Shown here piece by piece: positions 27,517 through 39,410 of a stretch of 64,000 nucleotides of DNA. The stretch comes from the human T2T-CHM13v2.0 reference genome, Homo sapiens: NCBI RefSeq assembly GCF_009914755.1, contig NC_060932.1; one strand, given 5' to 3'. Numbering within the stretch: the stretch's first letter is position 1; every line of letters starts with the position of its first letter. The position numbers and the translations under genes were made by a program. The notes beneath the pieces are model-generated. The model made no database searches, was not told the origin of the DNA, and worked only from the letters and a program-made list of their open reading frames with translations.

Positions 27517-28889
27517 CCTGCCGCCCTGTAGTTGCTCAAGGTGTCTGAAAAGGAAAGCGTCCTGGGGCAGCACCACGATTCGAGGTCCCAGAGTAGCCCA
27601 GTATGACGGCAGAATTGGAATGAAAAGATAAATGACTAGAAGTGGGACTGCCGTGGTGGTCTGGTGACCTGTCATGAAAGATTGGTGACATGTAAAGGAC
27701 CATGGAAAAGTGTTGAAGGATATTATGCTGAAGAATAACATCCTCTGATTTTAACTTTGCTATCAACGCTGTTGAAATACAGGTGTGTGTACCCTGTGGC
27801 AGGAACTTCCATGAGCTCTCTTTTAGCATATGGTATGTGTTTGGGCAATAAGTATCAATATTTCAAATGTGCAACAACATTACCATAATTCCAATTCAAA
27901 GAATTTGTCCTATGGAAATAACTGCCCTTGGTGTGAACATGAAGATCGCCATGGAATGATTGTTTGTGATTTCAAAGACTAGGCATGGTCTGAACAGAGG
28001 TTTAAAGGAGTAAGCTGATGGGAAGAAATACTAAGTAGCCAAAACAAATAATAAAGTTCATCTGGGAATATACGCAACATATTGTAACGTTGCCAAGCAA
28101 CCTGTAAATGTGTGGAACATCATCTAAAATTTAAAGACACCGTTAAGAAGAAGAACGAGGAGGAGAAGGAAGAGGAAAAATGGAAGATGATAAAGGAAAA
28201 GAATTGGGTTTTTGTGTTTATAAACACAGAGATACAAGTCTTAAAAATAAGTACCCACAATTACAATCACTGATTATCTTGAGATTAAAGCATTTCAAGG
28301 TCTTCACTTTCTGCTTGGTATTTGACTGTATTATATCATGTTTAAAATAATGATCACATATTGATTGTATTTTATACATATATCTACATTTTTGAAAAGT
28401 ACATTTCAAATTTATTGTGGAAGATAAATTAGAAAATGGAGAGTGAGGAGAGACAAACAGCTATGAGGGATTAAAACAAAACATATGGCAAGACTACTAA
28501 GAGGCCCCTAGAGTGGACAAAGTGAGAATGGAAGAGGGGTTGAAGACAAAAGATATTCAAGAGGTGAAGGAATTATTGCTCAGCTGGAGGTGACAGAGGA
28601 GGAAAGCCGTGCGGAATGAAGGTGGGTTTTCTGGATTTCCTAACAAGATGAGTGGCCAGCGTAAGGGATTTAGTGTGGAGGGAATTTGGTGAATGAGAGA
28701 CAATTGATTTTTTTCTGGATCTGTTCACTAGAAAAGACACCCAGAGATTCCAGGACCCATTCGAACTTGTAGTGCTGGGTTCAGCAAAGTTGATTATATA
28801 ACTTATCTCTGTAAGGCACAGGAAGAGCCCTTGAAATAATGGAATGCAAAGAAATTCAAGGTCCAAAGAAGAAATTATATTAATAGAAG

Positions 28890-29130
28890 GATAATATTAA
28901 CAGTACTACTGTTAATTACTTAGAAGCATTTCCACATGCATCATTTCTCTGAGAAACACAGAAATGATACCATTAGTGAAGGTACCTATCATTATCATCA
29001 CCACAGTTATATGGCATATGAGGACATTGAGAGTCAAGAATTTCAGTGTCTTTTCTAAGATGAAATAGCTGCAAAATGGGCAAAGTCAAGATGGGATCCC
29101 AGGTCTGTGAACTCCAGACTGATTCTTCTC
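28890..29130 (-). mobile_element. MIR
   Basis: aggtacctatcattatcatc...atgagga...gggatcccaggtctgtgaactccaga. Confidence 0.55.
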
Positions 29131-29661
29131 ATGCTGTATTAGTGCCCTAGAAGAAACCTAGACCTTGAAAGCATGTATTTGAGAAAAGGCAGCTCCTCTG
29201 AGTTATAAATGACTCTTAAAATGAATGGGAGAGGAAGAAGGAATGGAAAGGCTAGAGAAAAGGGGGAATGAGATGGCGGGATGATATAAAAACCTAGATA
29301 TTTCTATTGTCTTTTACTGTCTTCATGGAAACCATGAATTTCTCTCATGGTACTTTTTGACATAAATTAGTGGAACCTAATTATCACTAGCAGCCTTTCA
29401 GGAGAACTTTTTTGGCTATATATCTCCTTGATTTGACCCTATCGAGCTAGAGAAAGCAATTTCATTTATCCTTCTGTAACACAATGGCTTAGGGTAAAGG
29501 GTCTTTTGTAGAATTTCATCACCATTTACTGATTGATTCTTCCAGTTCCTATTTACTTCCATGTTACAGACGCCTCACGTTGTATTTAGAATCCAGATTC
29601 ACAGAGCATCCCAATGGGCAGTGAAAATTACAGTGACCACTCATTATTTAACAGCAATAAA

Positions 29662-30458
29662 ATGGCAGGCAGTGAATACACACATGAAAAAATGCCCAGC
29701 ATCACTAATCATCAAAGAAATACACATTAGAACCACAATGAGATGCCACCTCACACCAGTCAGCATGGCTATTATTAAAATGTCAAACAATAACAAATGT
29801 TGGCAAGGATGTGCAGAAAGCAAATACTATTGGTAGCAATGTAAATGAGTAAGCCTCTATGGAAAACAGTACGGAAGTTTCTCAAAGAACTAAAACTGGA
29901 ACTCCCACTTCACTCAGCAATTCTACTACTAGGTATCTACTCAAAGGAAAGGAAATCATTCTACGAAAAAGACACCCGCACTCCTCTGTTCATTATACAC
30001 TATTCACAATAGCAAAGTCATAGAATCAACTTAAGTGTCCAACAATGGTTGATCAGATAAAGAAAATGCGGTATCTTTACACCATGGATACCACACAATC
30101 ATAAAATGATACATTTCTTGGCAATATGGATGGAACAGAATGTCATTATCCTAAGTAAAATAATGCAGAAATGGAAAGTCAAATACCACATGTTCTCGAT
30201 TATAAATGGGAACCAAACAATGGGTACACAGGGAGATAAGGATGGCAACAACAGACACTGGTCACTCCGAAAGTGAGGAGAGAGGCAGGAGAGTAAAGCT
30301 TAAGAATTGCACATTGGGTACCATGCTGATATTCAGGTGATGGGTGTACTACCAGCCCCGACCCCACCACGATGTAGTGTATCCATGTGACAAAACTGGA
30401 CATATACCCGCTTTAAAAAATTTAACAAGTAAAATTAAAAACAGAAAAAGAAAAAAAA
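29662..30458 (+). mobile_element. L1PB/L1MA 3' fragment
   Basis: cacatgaaaaaatgcccagcatcactaatcatc...ctcacaccagtcagcatggctattattaaaa...atccatgtgacaaaact, then an A-rich tail. Confidence 0.88.
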
Positions 30459-31009
30459 GTAGTATCTATAAAGTTAGTCACTGAGGAAGGAGAAATGTAT
30501 GGCCCTCCAGGAAGGCAGGGGCTAGCATTCACAGAAAGAGGAAGCCATGCCCAGAGGCTTCTGCATAAGGGAGGGACGCAGATGATCTCCCGTGAGCTGC
30601 GTGTGCCTGTGTGCACTGCAGGGCTTGCCTTATCCACTAGGTCAGATACTCTGTGAAGGAGGAGTCCTGACTTTACACATCACAACCACCCATCTCATAA
30701 AACACTCTGCAGGTTTAGAGTAAAAATTCGGTACCTTCTTACAGATGAACATAACCATATGAGGGAAAAGAAAATCCAACCCACAAAGAAAAAAAAAATC
30801 CACTGTAAATAATACAGTAGTAGGTGGGGAAAGATGGAAAGTGAATGTTAAAATAATGATGTAGAATAGAGATTTGTATCATACTTGTTAAAGGAACTCT
30901 AGTGGCATGGAGGCTACAAAACATCAACTGATGAGAGAGTTTTAGAATCTAGAAAGACTTGGGAACCCTCCTTTCCTCTATCTGCATCTTGGTCAGTATT
31001 GCTAATGGG

Positions 31010-31130
31010 ACACACACACACATGCACGCACACACACGTACACACATGCATACACACACATGCACAAACACACATGCACACACACGTGCACATGCACATA
31101 CTCACAGGCATATATATGCACACACACACA
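31010..31130. repeat. Degenerate (CA/CG/TG)n purine-pyrimidine repeat
   Basis: cacacacacacatgcacgcacacacacgtacacacatgc... Confidence 0.9.
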
Positions 31131-31404
31131 TTAAGGTTGAACACAGATGAGTGCCACAGCAATCCAAAATTTATTTTAGCCTGCTTGGCAAAATCAAAAG
31201 TTCCCCACTTAAAACTCTCCCTTAATATGCTTATTTTTTTAACTCAGTAAAATTTTATTTCTAGAAATTTTTCTGAAGGCAAATATCCTGGATCTGTGAA
31301 ACAATTTATCCACTGGGAATTTAAAGACACTATTATAGTTAATAATGAAAAAAAATCACAAAGAGTTACATGTTAAACAACTTATTGGTTAAAAATAATA
31401 ATAA

Positions 31405-31585
31405 TACGGAGCCTATTGGAGGGTGGAGGGTGGGAGGGGGAAGAGGATCGAGAAAAACAACTAAGGCGCACTAGGCTTATTTACCGGGTGATGAAATTAT
31501 CTGTACAACAAACCCCCATGACACAAGTTTACCTTTTAACAAACCTGCACATGTACCCATGAACTTAAAAGTTAAAAAAAAAACC
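31405..31585 (+). mobile_element. L1PA 3' end fragment
   Basis: gcctattggagggtggagggtgggagg...ctgtacaacaaacccccatgacacaagtttacc...acctgcacatgtacccatgaacttaaaa. Confidence 0.85.
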
Positions 31586-32259
31586 AAACCATCCATTTAG
31601 TAATTATTTTTAATTGCATTCTATTAGCCCAAAACTCTTCACAAGATAATATGAAGTCAAAGAGAAAGTAGAAGCATTTAGAATGCAATGCCATTCTTTG
31701 CTTGGTCATGATCTGGGTGGGAGGAATTATACAGGGTTGTAATTTTTCTTCATTTTATAAATATTTTCAAGAATTTATTTCTTCCCCCTATTTCATTGTC
31801 CTAATGTATTTGGCACTGTGTGACTACGTTTTATTTAGTTGGGTTTTTTGTTTGTTTTCTAATGTCTTCCTTCTAAAGTGACATCTCCGCACAAACCGGG
31901 ATTTTAGTGACTTTTCTCACACTCCTTCCCAGTTATCTAAAAGCGTGTAATTTAAACAATTGCTGAATATAAAAGGTTTTGCTTTGTTGTTACTCATATC
32001 ATTACTATTGTATTTAAGTACGACAAATACTAAAAATGAGAAAAATTGTAAAAAAAAGTTCAAATGCATAAAATAGGTAACGTATTAAAAGGTAAAAAAA
32101 AAAAAAAAAAAAAAAGGACCACATCTAAGACCTGTAAAACTAACTGAGCTCCAAAGAAAATAGGTATTTACACCTCCCTGTATCTTAAACCATATAAATA
32201 CACACCTCTTACTCACAAAAAAACAAAACAAAAACACAAGTAAAAACATTTTTTAACCT

Positions 32260-32560
32260 GGCCTGGCACAGTGGCTCATACTTGTAATCCCAGCACTTTG
32301 GGAGGCTGAGGCGGGTGGATCATGAGGTCAGGAGTTCGAGACCAGCCTGGCCAATGTAGTGAAACCCTGTTTTTAGTAAAAATACAAAGATTAGCTAGGT
32401 GTGGTGGTAGGCATCTGTAATCACAGCTACTCGGGAGGCTGAAGGGGGAGAATTTCTTGATCTCAGGAGGCGGAGGTTGCAGTGAGCCAAGAGTATGCCA
32501 TCGCACTCCAGCCTAGGTGACAGAACTAGACTCCGTCTCAAAAAAACAAAAACAGACAAA
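32260..32560 (+). mobile_element. AluS with degenerate TSD
   Basis: Full body; flanks aaaacattttttaacct / aacatatttttaaacct. Confidence 0.92.
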
Positions 32561-32659
32561 CACACCAACATATTTTTAAACCTATTTTTCATGAATACTA
32601 ATGTTCATTCTTTTGGGTACATTCTGAGTATACGATCATTAAAGTTCTGTCTTTTTAAG

Positions 32660-32910
32660 CTACTTTTATTTTGATTTGTAGTTGTATATATTTTGGGGGT
32701 ACACGTGATATTTTGGTACATGTATATGATGCATAATGACCAAACAGTGTAACAGGAATACTCATCACTTCAAACATGTATCTTTCCTTGTGTTTGGAAG
32801 ATTGAAATTATTTTCTTCTAGCTATTTTGAAATATATAATAAATTATCATTAACTATAATTTTCCTACTCTACTATTGAATACTAGAATTTTTTCCTTTT
32901 CCCTAACTTA
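32660..32910 (-). mobile_element. L1MA 3' end fragment
   Basis: ttgtatatattttgggggtacacgtgatattttg...cttctagctattttgaaatatataataaatt. Confidence 0.8.
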
Positions 32911-33166
32911 AGCAACTTTTATTAAGAAAAAAAAGAAACGGAGTAAATCCTGTAAACTTTTCTCCCAGGATGTTTTTTGAATGTTTTGTCGTCCTCAGTG
33001 TCCATAAATAACTCCTACACAAACCTAGACATTCATTCACTCACACCTGCTAAATAGTTGCAAGTCTATTGTCTACAGCTGTGCTGTTATTCTTTACCTC
33101 TGTAACACTTTACGTTGTACACTGATAAGGGATTAGTCTTCTTAGAAATGCTGGCTCCACAGTATA

Positions 33167-33168
<2 letters not shown>

Positions 33169-33216
<48 letters not shown>
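33169..33216. repeat. (TG)24 microsatellite
   Basis: Direct. Confidence 0.97.
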
Positions 33217-33220
<4 letters not shown>

Positions 33221-33635
33221 ATACATGTTTGCAAGCAAATCAAAAGCATGGCCCTTGTTCTCCATTTTATTTCTCAGCTCCAAGAGGAGGCAGTAAAAAT
33301 AAATCTATTTAGTTCTGAAAGTTAAGAACTGAGGTGTTATAAGAAAATCAATCCAGCAGAAAGTGGAGAATGTAGGTGCCCTTGTGGCAGAAAAACCAAC
33401 CAACCAAACACACAAAAAACCCAAAAAACCACAATCGATCTTGAAAGGGGTGATGACAGAGGTGTGAGAGGGAAGTCGTCACCAAAACCAAACTCAGTTT
33501 ATGAAAAAAGTTGCAACTGTTAAGCAGCAGTAACGGGTAAGTCATAGACAATGAAATAGCTGGCACACAGAGACAAATATGTTGGAGAGTTGACAAGGAC
33601 ACAATCATGAATCAACGCCATAAGATTAATGATGA

Positions 33636-33793
33636 ATAGGTAAGGAATGCTGGGCTTAATACCTAGGTGATGGGAAGCAAAGCACCATGGCACACATTTA
33701 CCTGTGTAACAAACCTGCACATCCTGCACATGGACCCCTGAACTTAAAATAAATATTGAAAAAAAATACTCTTACTTAACTCTGTAGTGCAAG

Positions 33794-33835
<42 letters not shown>

Positions 33836-33907
33836 AGAGATCAAGAAAGAAAGAAAGATACATAGATAGACAGATAGATAGATAGATAGATAGATAGACA
33901 GATAGAT
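33636..33907 (+). mobile_element. Short L1PA 3' end + unique spacer + A34 + (GAAA)/(GATA)n, bounded by a 13-bp TSD
   Basis: L1 motif gctgggcttaatacctaggtgatggg...cctgaacttaaaat; AGATTAATGATGA at 33623-33635 and 33908-33920. Confidence 0.85.
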
Positions 33908-34767
33908 AGATTAATGATGACAGCCAAGATGAACTAAGGGATCTGTCAAAGCAAGTTGGCCAGGCGTCCTCCTTTCCCCAGTGGCATGGGAGAAAAGTGA
34001 ACAGGGCAGTTGGTGGAGCCACTGTGTCTTTGCACGGGGAAAGGTCTGATTGAATAATGGGGAGGCTCCCTTCGGTGTTATAGGAAAGGGTGGTGTGTCT
34101 AATCTCTACTTCTCCACCAATCCGTGAATCGCCTCCTTAATAAAGTCTACTGAACCATATCTATTCCAATCACATTTCAAAATGTCTTAAACCAATATAT
34201 ACAACATAGGTTTCTATGTTAACCTTTTAATACTTCAAATGCAAGTGAATGCCTCTTCTTCATCTCTCTGAATTTGTTAATTCAAGTTCTTTAAAAAAAC
34301 CATTGAATCATAAAAGAAGTTAAAGCTCCTTCCCTAAAACAGATCTGATAAACATATCAGGATTTTCTTGCAAGCATTAAGTTTAAAGCAAATTTTTCTT
34401 ATTTACTAGCAGTTGTTCATTAAGAAACGTGTAGTGTAAAAACACAAATTGCTGTGACTAATTACATAACCCTGAGATATCTCTCAAATATATTGTTTTT
34501 TTTTTCTCCCCAAATGACATGCAAGCATCTTGATTTAGGTTCATATCATCTTTCATAGTTAGAATAAGGCTCTAGATTTTCCTGCTTCCAGTTTTGTGCC
34601 ATCCGTGATGCGGACCAATCTTCCCAACGTATACGCATTCTCATGCCATTCCTTTCATCAATATAATACATTGACATCCCATTTCCTTTGAGAATAAAAC
34701 ATAAACTCTTTGCCTGTCATACGGGACCCTGTTTATATCTTTCTGACCCTAGTCATTTAAAATAAAC

Positions 34768-34960
34768 AGAAAGGGAAGGAGGCGGAGAAGAAGGAGAGGG
34801 AAAAGATGGAGGAGAGAAAGAGGAGAGGAGGCAAACAACAAAGAGAGGAGAAAGGAAAGGGGAGAAAAGACAAGGAAAAGGAGGAGGAGAGGGAAGAGGA
34901 AGGGGATGAGAAAAAGGAGGATGAGGAGGAAGAGTTGAAGAAAAGAATAACAAGAAGGTG
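34768..34960. repeat. Polypurine GA-rich low-complexity tract
   Basis: Almost pure G/A on the + strand. Confidence 0.85.
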
Positions 34961-35244
34961 GAGGACTTAGTATTTGGCAAATAATATTCTAGGTGCTTTA
35001 AATCGATTACATATTCCTCACAACAAAATTTAAAGGTGGATAGAGTTAATACAAAAGGAAATACGAACGGACCCAGGACATACAGCCATCCCTTCACTCT
35101 AGGCACCACTGTACCTAGGGACCACCGTACCGCTCCTCCTGCACCTCCACCAGCCCCTCCTGGTGTGCTGTCAGTGTGCTCAGCCCCGGTACACCCAACC
35201 CACCTCACCTCCCTTGTCCATAGAGGATGTGAAGGTTTATTGAA

Positions 35245-36160
35245 AAAGAACTTAGATTTTCAAGAAAAAAAAAACCATTAAAAAGTGGGCAAAGATATGA
35301 ACAGACACTTTTCAAAAGAATATATACATTCAGCTAAGAAGCATATTAAAAAAAGGTCAACATCACTGATCATTAGAGACATGGAAATCAAAACCACAAT
35401 GAGATACCATCTCACACCAGCTGGAATGGCTATTATTAAAAAGTCAGAATTTAACAGATGCTGGTGAGGTTGTGGAGAAAAAGGAACACTTATACACTGT
35501 TGGTGAGAGTGTAAACTAGGTTAACCTTTGTGGAAGGCAGCGTGGTGATTCCTGACATCTAAAGACAGAAATCCATTTGCCTCAGCAATCCCATTACTGG
35601 GTACATACCCAAAAGAATATAAATTGTTCTATCATAAAGACACATGCAGGTATAAGTTCATTGCAGCACTATTCACAATAGAAAATACATGGAGTCAACC
35701 TAAATGCCCATCGATGGTAGACTGGATAAAGAAAATTGGTACATGTATACCATGGAATACTATGCAGCCATATAAAAAGAATGAGATTTTGTCCTTTGCA
35801 GGGGCATGGATGAAGCCAGTATCCTTAGCAAACTAGCGCAGCAGCAGAAAACCAAATACTGCATGTTCTCACTTCTAGGTGGGCACCAAATGGTGAAAGT
35901 ACATGGACACAAAGAGGGAAACAATGGTCACTAGGAACTACTGGAGGGTGCAGGGTGGGAGGAGGCAGAGGATCAGAAAAAACAACTGTTGGGTACTGGG
36001 CTTAATACCTGGGTGATGAATCTGTACAACAAACCACCACGGCACAAGTTTACCTATATAACAAACCTGCATGTGTATCCCTTAACCTAAAATAAAAGTT
36101 TTAAAAATAAAATAAAAATAAAAATATAAATGAAGACATAAAAAGTAAATAAAAAACAAC
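35245..36160 (+). mobile_element. 5'-truncated L1PA (L1PA15/16-like)
   Basis: ccattaaaaagtgggcaaag...gagataccatctcacaccag...ctgtacaacaaaccacc...aacaaacctgcatgtgtatccc, then an A-rich tail. Confidence 0.9.
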
Positions 36161-36163
36161 AAA

Positions 36164-36280
36164 AGGAAGAAAGGAAGGAAGGGAGGGGAGGGGGAAGGGG
36201 ATGGGGGAGGGGAAAGAGAAAGGGAAGGAAAGGGAAGGGAAGGAAAGGGAAGGGAAAGGAAGGAAAGGGAGAAAGAAAAA
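36164..36280. repeat. (GGAA/GGGAA)n purine repeat with G-runs
   Basis: Direct; lies just after the L1 tail. Confidence 0.9.
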
Positions 36281-37456
36281 GCCTATAATACCTATCATCT
36301 GGTATCAGCTCAAATTCCCACCCTTGTTTACCGACAATATTCCCAAGCAATGCAACTGTACAGAAAGACTGGTTATTTCCCCTCTCTGAATTTCTGGAAC
36401 GTCCAACCTTCCTCCACATCCTCTGAGACCTCTCTGCCCCCTTCCCTCACACCCTCTGCTACTTGCCTTTCTTGAACATCCTCTGCAGATCCGTCACTAT
36501 TTGCTGTATTAAATGATTCTGCTTTCTCATTATACAGTTGGACTCCTTATCCTCATCACTCTCCTTCTTCCTTCCACACATCATCACACACATGTGTTGA
36601 CATCTCCATGGACGCCGGAGATGGAAACCCACCAATGACTGTGCAGGCATCCAGCATTTGTGGGAATTCATCTGATGCCTTAGAAAAGTTGGTACTGACA
36701 GAAGCCACTATTAGAATTACATGTGCTTCAGAGTATTGATTTACTTAATATGTTTAAAAATAATTTTATAATTTCCATTATAAATATATAATAAAACAAA
36801 CTTATAATTAAATACTTGAAAATTCATATGAAAGTCTTTTTGAGGGTTATAAAGTACTGATGTTCACTTGCCAAACAAAACAATTGTTGTGGATGTTTGA
36901 GTATTTATTTCCCTAATCAAAGTTTCACATATTTTGTTTTACTCATCAGAACACCTGTCAGATCCATGTGTGCTGTTGTCAATGGCAGAATTTCCTTCTT
37001 TTTATAGCTGAGTAATATTTCATTGTGCTTGTATAATACACCTTGAGTCTGTACAGTTTTTGTCAATTATACATCAATAAAGCTGGAAACAAAGAAAAAG
37101 AAAACTAAACAAAGAACAAATCAGTAAGATGTACTAACGTTTTGAGTTTTTTAAATCCTCAGAGTTTTTAATGAGCTTTAATAGCAACAAAAGTATTGCA
37201 CAAGAAGCTCAAATTAGAATCAGTAGCTGAAATTATGTCACCACAGAATGTATTTAAAATGTGTGTGTATATCAATGTATTTATCTTTATATGTATTTGA
37301 GATCTATATAACAGAAACTTTTAACTTAGAACACACACCTCTCATTCCAGCTGATATACTGTATATGTGTATATATAGGTGTGTGTGTTTATCTATGCAT
37401 ATATATATACACATATATATATGTATGCATGCATACATTTATACCTAAAAGATGTT

Positions 37457-37596
37457 AGTAGAAGACAGGTCTTCCATGATATATTTAATGTTTCCAATGA
37501 AGACCCTGGGGATAAACTTTATAAAATTATTCAGTAGAAGGTAGGTCCTTCATGATACATTTAAACTTTCCAATGAAGACCCCAGGGATAAACTTT
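37457..37596. repeat. Diverged duplication, 64-bp core, 76-bp period
   Basis: agtagaag...ccaatgaagaccc..gggataaacttt at 37457 and 37533. Confidence 0.9.
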
Positions 37597-38924
37597 TGAG
37601 AGAATTTTATCTTAATTACTATAACACATGTCTCACAATATATATTACTTTTTCAAGAATTCTGATTGCAGGACTCATCAAGAGTTCTGAAAATAGCTGG
37701 ATTGTCAAATGTGTCTACAATAAAACATATTTATACATATCATATAATATTACTTTGCATTGACTTTCTACCAGAATACCCTGGAATGAGCTGTTCCAAT
37801 TGTTTAAAAATCTGCCTCTCCATTAAAGGAATCTTCTTGAGAGGCCTTTCATTTTATAACTTCCTGAATAGAAAATGCTAGTTTCTTCTAAAAGTTTTAG
37901 ATTTTCTAACGATAGATATTTCGTGTTCCTTTTGACATGATATAGCATGATAACATGTGATGAGCATTATTAGGGAGATGCTAAGATTCCGCAAGTAATT
38001 ATTTTGCATGAGGAGTTTTACATAAATACTTGCAATAAACTGACCATGGCAGCACTTGGTTATACAACAGTCAAAGCCGAGATAAGACTAGGAAAGAGTA
38101 TGAATCAAGAGAGGATTAAATGTTTCAAAAAAAGAGAAGTTTGTATTGACTAAGAGAGAATTGGCGTCGGAAACTGCTTTTCTGTCCTATCTTATTTCTT
38201 AAAGTTTGCAGACCAGGTCAAACACACAAACTGAAGTGTGCAAATTCTTCACATCCAAAATGCTTCACTGATGCTTCTGGCAAGAGTCATTGCATGGAAA
38301 CTTTATCTAACTGTTTCTCTTTTCTCTTATGTTCAATACGTAATACACTTTCATCAACGTGCACTTAATTGAGAAACCCACTTACTTGGAATGTCTCCCA
38401 AGGAATCAAATTAAGCCTAATTATACTTAATGGCAATGGCTGCTGCTTAATTTGGATGGTAATTCTGCTTAATTGAGATGCCTTCAGGTGTCTAAGTGGT
38501 GCTTTGCTAAGAGTATTGGTTGTGCGGGTATGTCAACCTGGAATACCTTGTTTCTTCTCTGAACATTTCTCCGAGATAAATGACAAAGGGCAAATAATTT
38601 TCTGAAGCAATATAACACAAAATAACTGAAATTTAATGTGTTAATTATTAAGTCCTCACAATCAAGAAAATATATACAATGTCTGCGTAAGTGTACACAA
38701 AGATGAGAGAGAAAAAATAAACTTCTAAAAGGAGAGAAGAGAATTGTATAAACCCAAGCTGCCTAAATTCATTACTGGTCATTTTATGTTTTGGACAAGT
38801 TTAAAAGTCCACTTTAAGAAATCAAAGAACATACATCATGAGTTTTAATGGATGTTAGCCATAAAACTAAAGTAAAAGGAAGATACTGTGATTGGAATCA
38901 CATCATATGCAAAAGATATACTAG

Positions 38925-39410
38925 TGTTAATTCCAACCTCTTTCCTTGGTGTCTGGCTTGCCTGGATGTGATGGATATCACTGGTCACCATACACTAACC
39001 GTCGGCTCCTCTTCCTGGCTTCTAGATATTTCTTTCCTTGGCTCCGTGGCAATTGGACCACAGGCATTTGACGCAATGGGATATGAAGGAACTCAGCAGA
39101 CAAATTCTAGGAAATATGTCTTCCATCTCTAGCCAAACTTGCCTCATTTCATTAAACATGACCAAATCGGGAACTAAAGCCTCAGGTGGTTGCAGACGTC
39201 TTGAGAACTGAGGGGAAATATTGTCTCCGCTCTAGAGAGTGGGGCAGGAAAAATGTCAAACACCTGAGCTGCAATGCTATCACGGAGCTACTGAATACAA
39301 CCTGGAAGCTCCCTGACTCTGCCCCTTTGTTATCTAAAATAAGGTATCCCCCAAACTTTCGGTTTTTAGTTGGCTCTTCTGTTAGTTACAGCCAAAAATA
39401 CCCTATGGAG
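38925..39410 (+). mobile_element. Old MaLR LTR (MLT1K/L-like)
   Basis: 3' end ttagttggctcttctgttagttacagccaaaaataccct resembles MLT1 termini. Confidence 0.45.

Noticed and set aside
34753-35208. 151-aa ORF, and similar ORFs at 36087-36419 and 30914-31250
   Set aside because: Open frames arise from pyrimidine or CA low-complexity tracts; no domain or splice support.
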